From contig JANQMA010000026.1 of NCBI GenBank assembly GCA_028280285.1, positions 822 to 64,821 on the forward strand: a stretch of DNA of 64,000 bases, read 5' to 3'. A program made the translations under genes and the position numbers. Source of the DNA: Candidatus Omnitrophota bacterium. GTDB taxonomy: Bacteria; Omnitrophota; Gorgyraeia; Zapsychrales; Zapsychraceae. The notes beneath the pieces are model-generated. The model did not search any database. It was not told the DNA's origin and saw nothing but the letters and a program-made list of their open reading frames with translations. Each line of letters starts with the position of its first letter. Positions within the stretch are counted from its first letter, which is position 1. Shown here in pieces: positions 40,330 through 49,116 of the stretch.

Positions 40330-41343
40330 ATGGTTAATATTGGTATTATCGGCTGTGGTCATTGGGGGCCGAATCATATACGCGTGTTTACTCAGCTTAA
40401 AGGGTGTGAGGCGGTTATCTGTAGTGATTTGGACGCAGAGAGGCTTGCCAAAATGAAGGCCGTTTATCCCGACATTGAAACAACACAAGATTATAAGCCA
40501 GTGTTTGAAAATGACGATATTCATGCGGTGTGCGTATCGACCCCAACTAATACGCATTATCAAATAACCAAAGAAGCGCTTCAGGCAGGCAAGCATGTGT
40601 TGTGTGAAAAACCATTGGCATTAACATACGAAGAATCCAATGAGTTATACCAGTTGGCTCAAGAGGTGGACAAAATTTTGATGGTGGGCCATGTTTTTCT
40701 GTTTAATGCAGGGATATTGTGGCTTAAAGAATTTATTGATAGCGGTGAGCTGGGCGATGTACAATATGCTTACGCTACACGTACTAATTTGGGTCCGTTT
40801 AGATATGATGTGAATGCATTGTGGGATTTGGCGCCACATGATATATCCATTTTCAATTTTTTATTTAATGCCCCACCCTTTAGCGCATCCGGGCGCGGAC
40901 ATAAATGTTTGGGTAACACGTTAGAAGATCTGGCCTTTGCCGCGCTTAATTATGACAATAATGTTGTGGCGCACCTTCATGTCAGCTGGCTGGATCCTAA
41001 AAAGGTGCGGCAAATAACGGTTGTTGGGGATAAGAAGATGGTTGTGTGGGATGATTTGGATGGGGAAGGGCCGATTAAGGTGTATGATAAATATGTCGAG
41101 AAAACATCACGGTTTTACGAAACGTACGGGGAGTTTCAATTACTGTCCAAAGAAGGAAGTATTACAATTCCCAAGATCCCATCACAAGAACCGCTGAAGG
41201 CGCAAGGCCAATTTTTTCTTGATTGCATTAATGCAAAAGAATCGGTTGAAAAAGTCGACGGGCATAAAGCAGGCGACGTGATTAAAACACTGATAGCGGT
41301 ACAAAAGTCGATGGATAGCGATGGGAAGACTTTGACTTTGTAG
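40330..41343 (+). CDS. Gfo/Idh/MocA-family oxidoreductase (WbpB-like), copy 3
   Basis: IGIIGCGHWGPNH and EKP motifs. It is followed by a hexapeptide acetyltransferase. Confidence 0.8.
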   Translation: MVNIGIIGCGHWGPNHIRVFTQLKGCEAVICSDLDAERLAKMKAVYPDIETTQDYKPVFENDDIHAVCVSTPTNTHYQITKEALQAGKHVLCEKPLALTYEESNELYQLAQEVDKILMVGHVFLFNAGILWLKEFIDSGELGDVQYAYATRTNLGPFRYDVNALWDLAPHDISIFNFLFNAPPFSASGRGHKCLGNTLEDLAFAALNYDNNVVAHLHVSWLDPKKVRQITVVGDKKMVVWDDLDGEGPIKVYDKYVEKTSRFYETYGEFQLLSKEGSITIPKIPSQEPLKAQGQFFLDCINAKESVEKVDGHKAGDVIKTLIAVQKSMDSDGKTLTL

Positions 41344-41356
41344 ATAAGGAAGATGA

Positions 41357-41857
41357 ATGGAATATTTCAAACATGAACAAGCTATAGTTGATGATAAGGC
41401 TCAAATCGGCCGTGGAACACGTATTTGGGCGTTTTCCAATATTCAAGAAGGTGCTGTTGTCGGAGAGGATTGTAACTTGTGCGACGGATGTTTTATAGAA
41501 GGCGGGGCGGTTGTCGGGAATAATGTAACGGTTAAACATCATGTTTCGATTTTTGATGGGGTGACGATTGAAGATGATGTTTTTATCGGATCTAATATTG
41601 CGTTTATCAATGACAGGTTTCCGCGCAGCAAGGCGCATGATATTGAGTGGGACAAGACATTGATCAAACAAGGGGCGTCGATCGGCACTAATGCTGTTGT
41701 ATTAGGTGGTATTACCGTCGGGCGCTATGCCTTTGTCGGGGCCGGCAGTGTGGTAACGCGTGATGTGCCTGATTATGGGCTTGTTTACGGTAATCCGGCT
41801 CAATTGCATGGGTATGTGACCAAAGACGGAAAGCGCACAGACCAGCCACCTGAGTGA
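41357..41857 (+). CDS. Hexapeptide-repeat N-acetyltransferase (WbpD-like), copy 2, without a zinc ribbon
   Basis: A left-handed beta-helix repeat protein ending ...LVYGNPAQLHGYV. Confidence 0.75.
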   Translation: MEYFKHEQAIVDDKAQIGRGTRIWAFSNIQEGAVVGEDCNLCDGCFIEGGAVVGNNVTVKHHVSIFDGVTIEDDVFIGSNIAFINDRFPRSKAHDIEWDKTLIKQGASIGTNAVVLGGITVGRYAFVGAGSVVTRDVPDYGLVYGNPAQLHGYVTKDGKRTDQPPE

Positions 41858-42015
41858 TAAATTTTATTCGGTTATAGTTACGGTTGCGAAGCCCGCTTCG
41901 TATGTTCGTTTAACGGTTGTCGTCATAAAACACGTTTAACGTAACCAAAAGCCGATACGGGCATCGATACCGAATAACGAATGACATAACCGGATTATTG
42001 ATAAACTGAAAAAAT

Positions 42016-42750
42016 ATGTCCAATAGAATTCTAGTAAGCCCGATAGCGTTCAATGAGAATGTTAAGTTAAAGAGTGTTATCGACCGTTTTTTGACATCGC
42101 GTTTTTATGGACAGGCCGATTATTTGGTGATGGATGATTGTTCTGATGACGGCACTTCGGCCATTGTGGCAGAATATGCAGCGCAAGGTGTTAAGACAAT
42201 CCGGCATGATCAACGCAGCGGTGTCGGCGCATCGATTCGCACGGTTATTCAATATGCGCGTGAGCACGGTTACACTATTTTGGTGATTATGGCGGGCAAT
42301 GATAAAGACAATCCGGAAGAAATTTCTGCTCTTGTGGATCCGATCGTTAAGGAAGACTATGATTTTGTCCAGGGTTCGCGTTATTTAAAAAAAGATGGCG
42401 TCGGAGGAGATATGCCGTTTTACCGTAAGATTGCAACACGCATTCATCCGCTTCTTATGCGTGTTATTACCGGTAAAAAAGTTACCGATACAACTAATGG
42501 TTTTCGTGCATTTAAATTGTCTATTTTCGACGATGATCGTATTAATATTGATCAAACATGGCTTAATCAATATGAATTAGAGCCGTATGTTTTGTATAAA
42601 GTATTAAAATGCGGATACAAATGTAAAGAGGCGCCGGTGACAAAAATATATCCATCTAGATCTTTAGGCTATACAAAAATGAAGCCTCTTGTCGGATGGT
42701 GGAGTATTTTAAAGCCGCTGATTTATTTAGGGTTAGGGATTAAAAAGTAA
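42016..42750 (+). CDS. GT2 glycosyltransferase
   Basis: LVMDDCSDDGT plus a DxD-type motif. It is preceded by a 158-nt untranslated region that looks structured. Confidence 0.7.
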   Translation: MSNRILVSPIAFNENVKLKSVIDRFLTSRFYGQADYLVMDDCSDDGTSAIVAEYAAQGVKTIRHDQRSGVGASIRTVIQYAREHGYTILVIMAGNDKDNPEEISALVDPIVKEDYDFVQGSRYLKKDGVGGDMPFYRKIATRIHPLLMRVITGKKVTDTTNGFRAFKLSIFDDDRINIDQTWLNQYELEPYVLYKVLKCGYKCKEAPVTKIYPSRSLGYTKMKPLVGWWSILKPLIYLGLGIKK

Positions 42751-42771
42751 ACCATAACAAAGGATATTATT

Positions 42772-43044
42772 ATGAAAAAACTGTTTCTTGTTGTTTTGTG
42801 TTTAAGTGCCGTTGGATGTGCAGACATGTCGAAAGAGGGAATTAAGTTTAGAGAATATTTTATGCAGCCACGTAATTTTATTAATGATCCGCATTTTGCT
42901 GATTATAAAGCCAAAAGAGATGCGATTGAAAGTATGTATTTAAGTAAAGAGATTGATTATGTCGAATATACACGGCGTATGGAAGACTTAGAGAATAAAT
43001 ATACCGCCGAGGTTCAGGCGAGGGACTATAAAATTCATAATTAA
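42772..43044 (+). CDS. Small lipoprotein of unknown function
   Basis: Signal peptide with a LSAVGC lipobox. Confidence 0.5.
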   Translation: MKKLFLVVLCLSAVGCADMSKEGIKFREYFMQPRNFINDPHFADYKAKRDAIESMYLSKEIDYVEYTRRMEDLENKYTAEVQARDYKIHN

Positions 43045-43046
43045 TC

Positions 43047-43787
43047 ATGCGACTATTCGGTAAAAATCCAGTTATAGAGCGCTTACGTTCTGACCCGCAA
43101 AGTATCCAAAAGATTTATATTGAAGAGGGAACAAGCGGGGCGGCGTTAGTGCGTAAAAAAGCTAAACAGCATAATATCCCTGTTATGACGGTCAATGCGT
43201 CTAAAATGATTAAAATGGCGCGTCATAAAAACACACAGGGTGTTATGAGTGTCATCACGGGCTTTGAATATGAAGACTATGACGACTTGCTGGCCAATGC
43301 GCTTAAAAACAAGCGTTGTCCCATATTTTTAGACGGTATCACCGATCCTCAAAATCTCGGGGCTATGATTCGTAGTGTGGCCTGCCTCGGCAAATTCGCG
43401 ATTGTCTTACCAACACATGATTCGGTGGGTGTGACCGAAACAGTTTTGCGTATTGCCTCCGGCGGAGAGAACTATGTTCCTATTGCGCAGGTCGCTAATA
43501 TCAACAAGGCACTACGCAAGGCTAAAGATTTAGGCTTTTGGATTATTGGTTCGGTTGTTGACAATGGTGAGGTTCTGGGGGAGGCGAGTCTTCCTCTGCC
43601 TAATGCGCTCGTGATCGGCTCAGAACAAAAAGGTATCCGTGAAGTTATTTTGAAAAACATTGATGTTAAGGTGACCATTCCTATGTCGGCACAGACATTA
43701 TCATTTAATGCATCGCATGCCGCAAGTATCCTATGTTATGAAATCACAAGGCAAAAAAAAGAGCACAAAAAAGAAAAAAGCAAATAA
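43047..43787 (+). CDS. rlmB: 23S rRNA 2'-O-methyltransferase, SpoU/TrmH family (RlmB-like)
   Basis: An N-terminal substrate-binding domain and a SPOUT domain (FLDGITDPQNLGAMIRSVACLG, LVIGSEQKGI). Confidence 0.75.
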   Translation: MRLFGKNPVIERLRSDPQSIQKIYIEEGTSGAALVRKKAKQHNIPVMTVNASKMIKMARHKNTQGVMSVITGFEYEDYDDLLANALKNKRCPIFLDGITDPQNLGAMIRSVACLGKFAIVLPTHDSVGVTETVLRIASGGENYVPIAQVANINKALRKAKDLGFWIIGSVVDNGEVLGEASLPLPNALVIGSEQKGIREVILKNIDVKVTIPMSAQTLSFNASHAASILCYEITRQKKEHKKEKSK

Positions 43788-44361
43788 TACATACGTTAAT
43801 GCATTAAACTTTTTCGCCGAGGCCGGACTTCTTAAACATGTAAAAAGAAGCGGGTGGTGGGTGGCAGGCATCAAGGATCCGGAAAGTGTCGCCGAGCATT
43901 CTTTTCGTTGTGCGATTATTGCGTATTATTTAGCGCATTTGGAATGTGTTGATGCCAGCCGCACAATGCTTATGGCACTTTTCAATGATATCCATGAGGC
44001 GCGGATTAATGATTTGCATAAAATGGGACACTATTATATCGATTTTAGAGATGCTGAGAAAAAAGTATTTGCCGATCAAATATACAGGTTGGATCCTTCT
44101 GTTCAAAAAGATATGACACATTTCAGAAAAGAATATGAAGCACAAAAAACTAAAGAAAGTATAGTCGCGCGTGATGCGGATGTGTTGGAATGTTTGCTGC
44201 AGGCTAAAGAATATGTAGATAACGGGTATACAAAGGCAAAGAAGTTTTTTCAAAAAGCGCCGGATTTTTTACACACAGTTTCGGCTAAAAAGATATGGAA
44301 GGAAGTTAAAACCTGGGACAGCGGCAGCTGGTGGGAAGAGGTTGTGAAATTTGAGCGATGA
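43738..44361 (+). CDS. HD-domain phosphohydrolase (YfbR-like 5'-deoxynucleotidase family)
   Basis: LKHVKRSGW...ESVAEHS...NDIHEARINDL. The start is ambiguous, and the chosen ATG overlaps rlmB by 50 nt. Confidence 0.65.
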   Translation: MKSQGKKKSTKKKKANNTYVNALNFFAEAGLLKHVKRSGWWVAGIKDPESVAEHSFRCAIIAYYLAHLECVDASRTMLMALFNDIHEARINDLHKMGHYYIDFRDAEKKVFADQIYRLDPSVQKDMTHFRKEYEAQKTKESIVARDADVLECLLQAKEYVDNGYTKAKKFFQKAPDFLHTVSAKKIWKEVKTWDSGSWWEEVVKFER

Positions 44362-44370
44362 CCTTGCTCA

Positions 44371-45180
44371 TTGATTGGCAAAAAACAGACTATGGTTTTT
44401 TTTCGTTTTTATATTTTTTTCATTCTTGTTCTTTTGATAATGGCGCAAGGATGCGCCTCTTTCGGCACGTATAACCCAGCGACGGGGAAAAAAGAGTTTG
44501 TCGCCGTGTCAACGCGTCAAGAAATCAGTATGGGCGCGACCGTTCACAATCGGCTCAAACAGAGGATGACGTTTTCGAATGATCCTGTGAAGTTAAGCCG
44601 GCTTGAAAAGATTGGTCAGCGCGTGGCCCTTGTCTCCGATAGACAGGATTATATATATCAGTTTTATTTGGTTGAAGACGAGACTTTAAATGCCTTTACC
44701 ACGCCGGGGGGCAATATTTATTTTAATACCGGGCTTATGGAAAAATTAGAAAATGATGATCAGGTTGCCTTTGTCATCGCACATGAGATCGGGCACTGTG
44801 CCGCTAAACATGTGGCGAAAAAATATCAGGCGGCGCTCGGTTATGATTTAATCGGGTCGATCATTCTTGATCAAGTTTCGGGAGGAGGCTATGCCAAAAG
44901 CCTGGCATCGCTCGGTTCCGATGTTCTGATGAATTTGGTGTTTTCAGCCTACAGTCGTAAGGATGAACGCGAGGCGGATCTTTTAGCCGTTAAATATTCT
45001 TACCTTGCCGGGTATGACCCGGAAGAAGGGGTTAAGACGTTCATTATCTTGAAGAAACATTCTAAGGGAACAATGGTTCCGCATATGTTGCGTTCTCATC
45101 CCGACTTACTGGAAAGGATTGAAAATGTGGAAAAAGAAGCGAAAAGGGTCAAATTAGAATACGGAAAATTTTCAAAATAA
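44371..45180 (+). CDS. M48-family zinc metallopeptidase lipoprotein (BepA/LoiP-like)
   Basis: Lipobox MAQGC. HEXXH motif VIAHEIGHCAAKH with a downstream E. Confidence 0.8.
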   Translation: MIGKKQTMVFFRFYIFFILVLLIMAQGCASFGTYNPATGKKEFVAVSTRQEISMGATVHNRLKQRMTFSNDPVKLSRLEKIGQRVALVSDRQDYIYQFYLVEDETLNAFTTPGGNIYFNTGLMEKLENDDQVAFVIAHEIGHCAAKHVAKKYQAALGYDLIGSIILDQVSGGGYAKSLASLGSDVLMNLVFSAYSRKDEREADLLAVKYSYLAGYDPEEGVKTFIILKKHSKGTMVPHMLRSHPDLLERIENVEKEAKRVKLEYGKFSK

Positions 45181-45185
45181 GGTAA

Positions 45186-45222
45186 ACTTATTATTCGGCT
45201 CGAGTTAGCCGCTTGCATTGGA
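45186..45222. promoter_or_regulatory. Conserved ~35-nt motif CTTATT..GGYTCGAGTTRGCCGCTTGCATTGGA, copy 1. The second copy is at 55388-55420.
   Basis: The two loci share a nearly identical core, tcgagtt(a/g)gccgcttgcattgga. Both are intergenic and lie upstream of plus-strand genes. Confidence 0.5.
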
Positions 45223-45251
45223 ATACTACCTGACAAACTGGTGGAGTTATT

Positions 45252-45566
45252 ATGAAACGTATCGGTGTTGCCGCGAGTAAGATCGCAAAAGATAATTATT
45301 GGTTGTACTACTTTTATGTGATTTTGATCTCCCTTATGTTGTCTCTGCTGCTTTTTCTTGTGGTGGGAATGGTTGTTATCTTTGCCATTGCGGTTTTAAC
45401 ATATGTTGCTACCGAGCTTATGGGCTATGATTTTGCTGAAAAGCGCAATACTATCGTGACCATTTGTATGGCGACACTCACGGTGGTGATTCTCTTATTT
45501 AATGTTTTTTCCATACTGTGTAATATCAATTTTTCAAAAGAAAGTGACAAAAAGGTAGAAAATTAG
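45252..45566 (+). CDS. Small membrane protein of unknown function
   Basis: Two predicted TM helices. Confidence 0.45.
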   Translation: MKRIGVAASKIAKDNYWLYYFYVILISLMLSLLLFLVVGMVVIFAIAVLTYVATELMGYDFAEKRNTIVTICMATLTVVILLFNVFSILCNINFSKESDKKVEN

Positions 45567-45610
45567 GAAATATTTCCTTATGATCGAATTGTCTAATGGA
45601 AGGATAAAAA

Positions 45611-45961
45611 ATGGGCCAAAATGTTGTTGATTTAGATGAATTAAAAGAGCGCGTTCAAAACGATACTGAGCTTTTGCTTGAGTTGTTTGATATTTTTACA
45701 GAAGACTATGAGCCAAAGCGCAAGCAATTGGAAGCAAGCCTTTCGGGGGGTAATTTTGAAGAGGTTAGAAATATTGCGCATTCACTTAAAGGAGCCTCCG
45801 GGAACATATCTGCCAAAGATCTACGTGAAAAACTAATCATTTTTGAGGAAATGGGCGCAAAGAACGATGCGCAAGGTTTCGAAGACTTATTAAAAGAGCT
45901 CGATGCTTCTTACGCAGAGTTAGTTGTGCGGATTACGGAAATCAAAAAAGATTTAGCATAA
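45611..45961 (+). CDS. Hpt (histidine phosphotransfer) domain protein
   Basis: AHSLKGASGNISA phospho-histidine motif. Confidence 0.75.
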   Translation: MGQNVVDLDELKERVQNDTELLLELFDIFTEDYEPKRKQLEASLSGGNFEEVRNIAHSLKGASGNISAKDLREKLIIFEEMGAKNDAQGFEDLLKELDASYAELVVRITEIKKDLA

Positions 45962-45986
45962 TAGACCCTTCCCTGGAGTTATCACA

Positions 45987-46691
45987 ATGTCCTCAATGAC
46001 GATAGCGATCGGCCTCTGTATTATCACGGTTATTTGTTTAGGTATTATCTTTATGATGCCTGATGAAAAGTCTATGGCGCAGAAAAGAAAACAAGAAAAG
46101 GCCGAAAGACGCCGTGAGAGGAAACAAGAACAGCAGACATCGCACAAAGATTGGGAAAAAACCGCTCGGCGCTATCAATCTCAACTGCACCAAGTCAAAA
46201 ATGAATTAGAGTCCCATGCTCAGCAGATACGTGAGCTTCAAAAACAGCTTTTAGCTGAGCAGGTTAAGACAGAAAAAATTAAAGAAAAATATAATAAAGT
46301 AAAAGAGTGGATTGCCAAAAAAGAAAGTGATGTCGGTAAAAAAGAAAAAGGAATGACGGATATCAAACAGGAGTTAAAAAAGGTTCAAGATCTTTATAGT
46401 GATGAGCATGTTAAAAATATTCATCTGCAAAAGCAACTGGATGAGCTTAAAAAAGAGCATGAATTAACCGTTGAACAAAGACGCCTGGCTGAAAATGAAA
46501 GCGCGACCCTCAAGGCGAAAAACGACATCCACCGTCAAGAAATAGCTCATCTCAAAAAGGACATCGCGATCTTAACCAAAAAAAAGAATGACGAAACCTT
46601 TGTGGCGCGGTCTGAGTTTTTAAAACTCGAAAAAGAATTAAAAGAAAAAAATAAAGAAATAGAACGCCTTAATCGGCAAAAAGAAAGTTAA
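45987..46691 (+). CDS. Membrane-anchored coiled-coil protein (K/E-rich)
   Basis: An N-terminal TM helix followed by about 200 aa of heptad-like charged sequence. Confidence 0.5.
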   Translation: MSSMTIAIGLCIITVICLGIIFMMPDEKSMAQKRKQEKAERRRERKQEQQTSHKDWEKTARRYQSQLHQVKNELESHAQQIRELQKQLLAEQVKTEKIKEKYNKVKEWIAKKESDVGKKEKGMTDIKQELKKVQDLYSDEHVKNIHLQKQLDELKKEHELTVEQRRLAENESATLKAKNDIHRQEIAHLKKDIAILTKKKNDETFVARSEFLKLEKELKEKNKEIERLNRQKES

Positions 46692-46743
46692 AGGGGTCAG
46701 AGCATTTTTTCATTCATGATGAAAAAATGCTCTGACCCCTTTA
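46692..46743 (+). terminator. Perfect 21-bp-stem hairpin (probable intrinsic terminator)
   Basis: aggggtcagagcattttttcat / atgaaaaaatgctctgacccct, followed by TTT. Confidence 0.7.
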
Positions 46744-46749
46744 GGAGAT

Positions 46750-47916
46750 GATAAGATCCGCTTTGCTGAAAGAACAAATTGGGATTTCACCCCCAATGAA
46801 ATATCTGCACTTATTGACCGTTACAAAAAAGAAAAGACAGCCTATATCGATTTAACGGTCTCTAACCCTACGGAATGCGCATTTTCTTTTTATTCAAAAC
46901 ATTTATTAGGGCCATTCACGGCCATTGATAATCTCACATATCATCCAAGCTCCTCAGGGCTCGATGCTCCGCGCGCCGCAATTACTCAATACTATCATGA
47001 CGACGGTTATACTGTTGATTGTGAGCGTATTATTTTAACCGCGTCAACCTCGGAGAGCTATTCGTATCTTTTTAAGCTTTTATTAAATCCGGACGAAGAG
47101 GTATTGTGCCCTCAGCCAAGTTATCCATTATTTTCCTTTTTAGGTGATGTCAATGATGTACGGATGGTACCGTACAGATTAACCTATGCTGCGTCTTGGC
47201 GCATTGATTTCGATTCCTTGGAAAACAGTATTACAGATAGTACGCGTGCGGTTTTGTTGGTCAATCCGAATAATCCGACAGGGTCTTTTATTAAAAGAGA
47301 CGAAATCGAACGCCTCAATGGCATATGCCAAAAACATAATTTGGTGATTATGAGTGATGAAGTATTTAATAATTATGCGATTGATGATGAAGAAAAATTG
47401 TCACTTATAAATAACACAGAGGTGCTCACTTTCGTTTTAAGCGGGCTGTCAAAGGTATTGGCTTTGCCACAGATGAAATTGGCCTGGATTATTATGAATG
47501 GTCCGCACGATCAGATGAAAGACGCTTACAGCCGTCTGGAAATGATCGCCGATACATATTTGTCTGTCAGCACGCCTGTTCAAAATGCCTTGGTGCATTG
47601 GCTGTCATTAAGGAAAGAAATTCAAAATGACATACGCAATCGAATTGAAGACAATCTTGCAATTATCGAAAAATTACTGGATAATCATATATCCACACTG
47701 CTTAAATTTGAGGGTGGGTGGAGTGCGGTATTAAGGTTTAACGGCCTAACTGATGACTTTGCTTACAGGTTGCTTGATCAACACAAGGTCTATATCCATC
47801 CCGGTTATTTTTATGATTTTGATGAGGCGAGCTATTGTGTGCTAAGCTTATTGACACCGACGAACATATTAGCAGAGGGATTGGAGAGAATACTCAAATG
47901 TCAAAATGGAGGATAA
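46750..47916 (+). CDS. Class I/II PLP-dependent aminotransferase (AlaT-like). Its 5' end is anomalous: the conserved N-terminus has no in-frame canonical start.
   Basis: The ORF track only starts at 47104, but the same frame reads DKIRFAERTNWDFTPNEISALIDRYKKEKTAYIDLTVSNPTE... back to nt 46750. The only ATG (46748, abutting AGGAG) is in a different frame. Confidence 0.6.
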   Translation, partial: DKIRFAERTNWDFTPNEISALIDRYKKEKTAYIDLTVSNPTECAFSFYSKHLLGPFTAIDNLTYHPSSSGLDAPRAAITQYYHDDGYTVDCERIILTASTSESYSYLFKLLLNPDEEVLCPQPSYPLFSFLGDVNDVRMVPYRLTYAASWRIDFDSLENSITDSTRAVLLVNPNNPTGSFIKRDEIERLNGICQKHNLVIMSDEVFNNYAIDDEEKLSLINNTEVLTFVLSGLSKVLALPQMKLAWIIMNGPHDQMKDAYSRLEMIADTYLSVSTPVQNALVHWLSLRKEIQNDIRNRIEDNLAIIEKLLDNHISTLLKFEGGWSAVLRFNGLTDDFAYRLLDQHKVYIHPGYFYDFDEASYCVLSLLTPTNILAEGLERILKCQNGG

Positions 47917-48318
47917 ATGATGACTATGCGCAAAGTGTTGGTCGCTGATGACGAGGAGGAAGTATTGGAAATCATGGCCAAAAAGGTTACCCTGGAGGGT
48001 TATTGTGTCATCGAGGCGGCTGACGGCCAAGAGGCCTGGGATAAGATTAAGGAAGAGAATCCGGATATTATTGTGCTTGATTTGAATATGCCGCGTATGC
48101 ATGGCTTTGAAGTGCTTCAACTTATCCGGGAAAATCCGCTCTCTAAAAAATGGCAGCCGGTGATTATTGTCTCAGCTCAAAATGAACTCGCGGACATACA
48201 AAAAGGATATTCACTTGAGGCTGACCACTACATTGCTAAACCCTGTTCCATGACCGATATTGTGAAAGCCATTAAATTAATGGAAAGTTTGATCCCACAG
48301 AGAGTGAGTGAAGAATAA
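47917..48318 (+). CDS. Single-domain response regulator (CheY-like receiver)
   Basis: VLVADDEEE...DIIVLDLNMP...IIVSAQ...KP. Confidence 0.8.
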   Translation: MMTMRKVLVADDEEEVLEIMAKKVTLEGYCVIEAADGQEAWDKIKEENPDIIVLDLNMPRMHGFEVLQLIRENPLSKKWQPVIIVSAQNELADIQKGYSLEADHYIAKPCSMTDIVKAIKLMESLIPQRVSEE

Positions 48319-49116
48319 ATGAAAATATTAGTGATACTTGTTAGTTTTTGCTTCGCGTTTTTTCTTTATGTACGGTATTTAGAGAAAAAGACGATATTTT
48401 ATCCGGATAAGAATATTGAAATGATTCCGACGGATTATCATTTAGAGTACGCGGATGTTCACTTTCTATCGGGTGGGAACAAGCTCCATGGATGGTGGAT
48501 TCCAAAAGACGGCGCCACGCACACAATCATTTATTTGCATGGCAATGCAGGCAATATTTCCGGAAGGCTTGAAAAAGTAAGCATTTTAAATGCCCTTGGT
48601 GTTAATGTCTTTATTTTTGATTATCGCGGCTACGGGTTGAGTGAAGGCTCTCCTTCGGAAGAAGGGCTGTATGAAGATGCCGATGCGGCCTATGATTATC
48701 TGATTCAGGAAAGAAAGCTTGATCCGAACAGTATTGTAATCTATGGCGCTTCGTTGGGTGGGGCCCCGGCTGTTGATTTAGCCTCAAAAGTTGATTGTGG
48801 GGCGCTTATTCTAAATTCAACATTTACCTCTGGCGTTGATATGGGCAAACATATCTATCCGTTTATTCCATCGTTTTTGGTTAATATCAAATTAGATTCG
48901 GTGAGTAAAATCAAAAATATAACGGTACCAAAATTATTTATTCACAGTGTGGATGATAAAGTCGTTCCATTTGTGCTGGGGGAAAAATTATTTAACGCAG
49001 CCGCTGAACCGAAAAGATTCGAACGCATGGTCGGCGATCATGTCAATGCGCATTTTTATGAATATGACCGGTATAAAAAAGTTTTAGGTGATTTCTTAAA
49101 AGGCCTTGCCATATGA
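48319..49116 (+). CDS. Alpha/beta hydrolase (S9/S33-like) with an N-terminal membrane anchor
   Basis: HGNAGN, a GASLGG nucleophile elbow, and a downstream D and H. Confidence 0.7.
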   Translation: MKILVILVSFCFAFFLYVRYLEKKTIFYPDKNIEMIPTDYHLEYADVHFLSGGNKLHGWWIPKDGATHTIIYLHGNAGNISGRLEKVSILNALGVNVFIFDYRGYGLSEGSPSEEGLYEDADAAYDYLIQERKLDPNSIVIYGASLGGAPAVDLASKVDCGALILNSTFTSGVDMGKHIYPFIPSFLVNIKLDSVSKIKNITVPKLFIHSVDDKVVPFVLGEKLFNAAAEPKRFERMVGDHVNAHFYEYDRYKKVLGDFLKGLAI

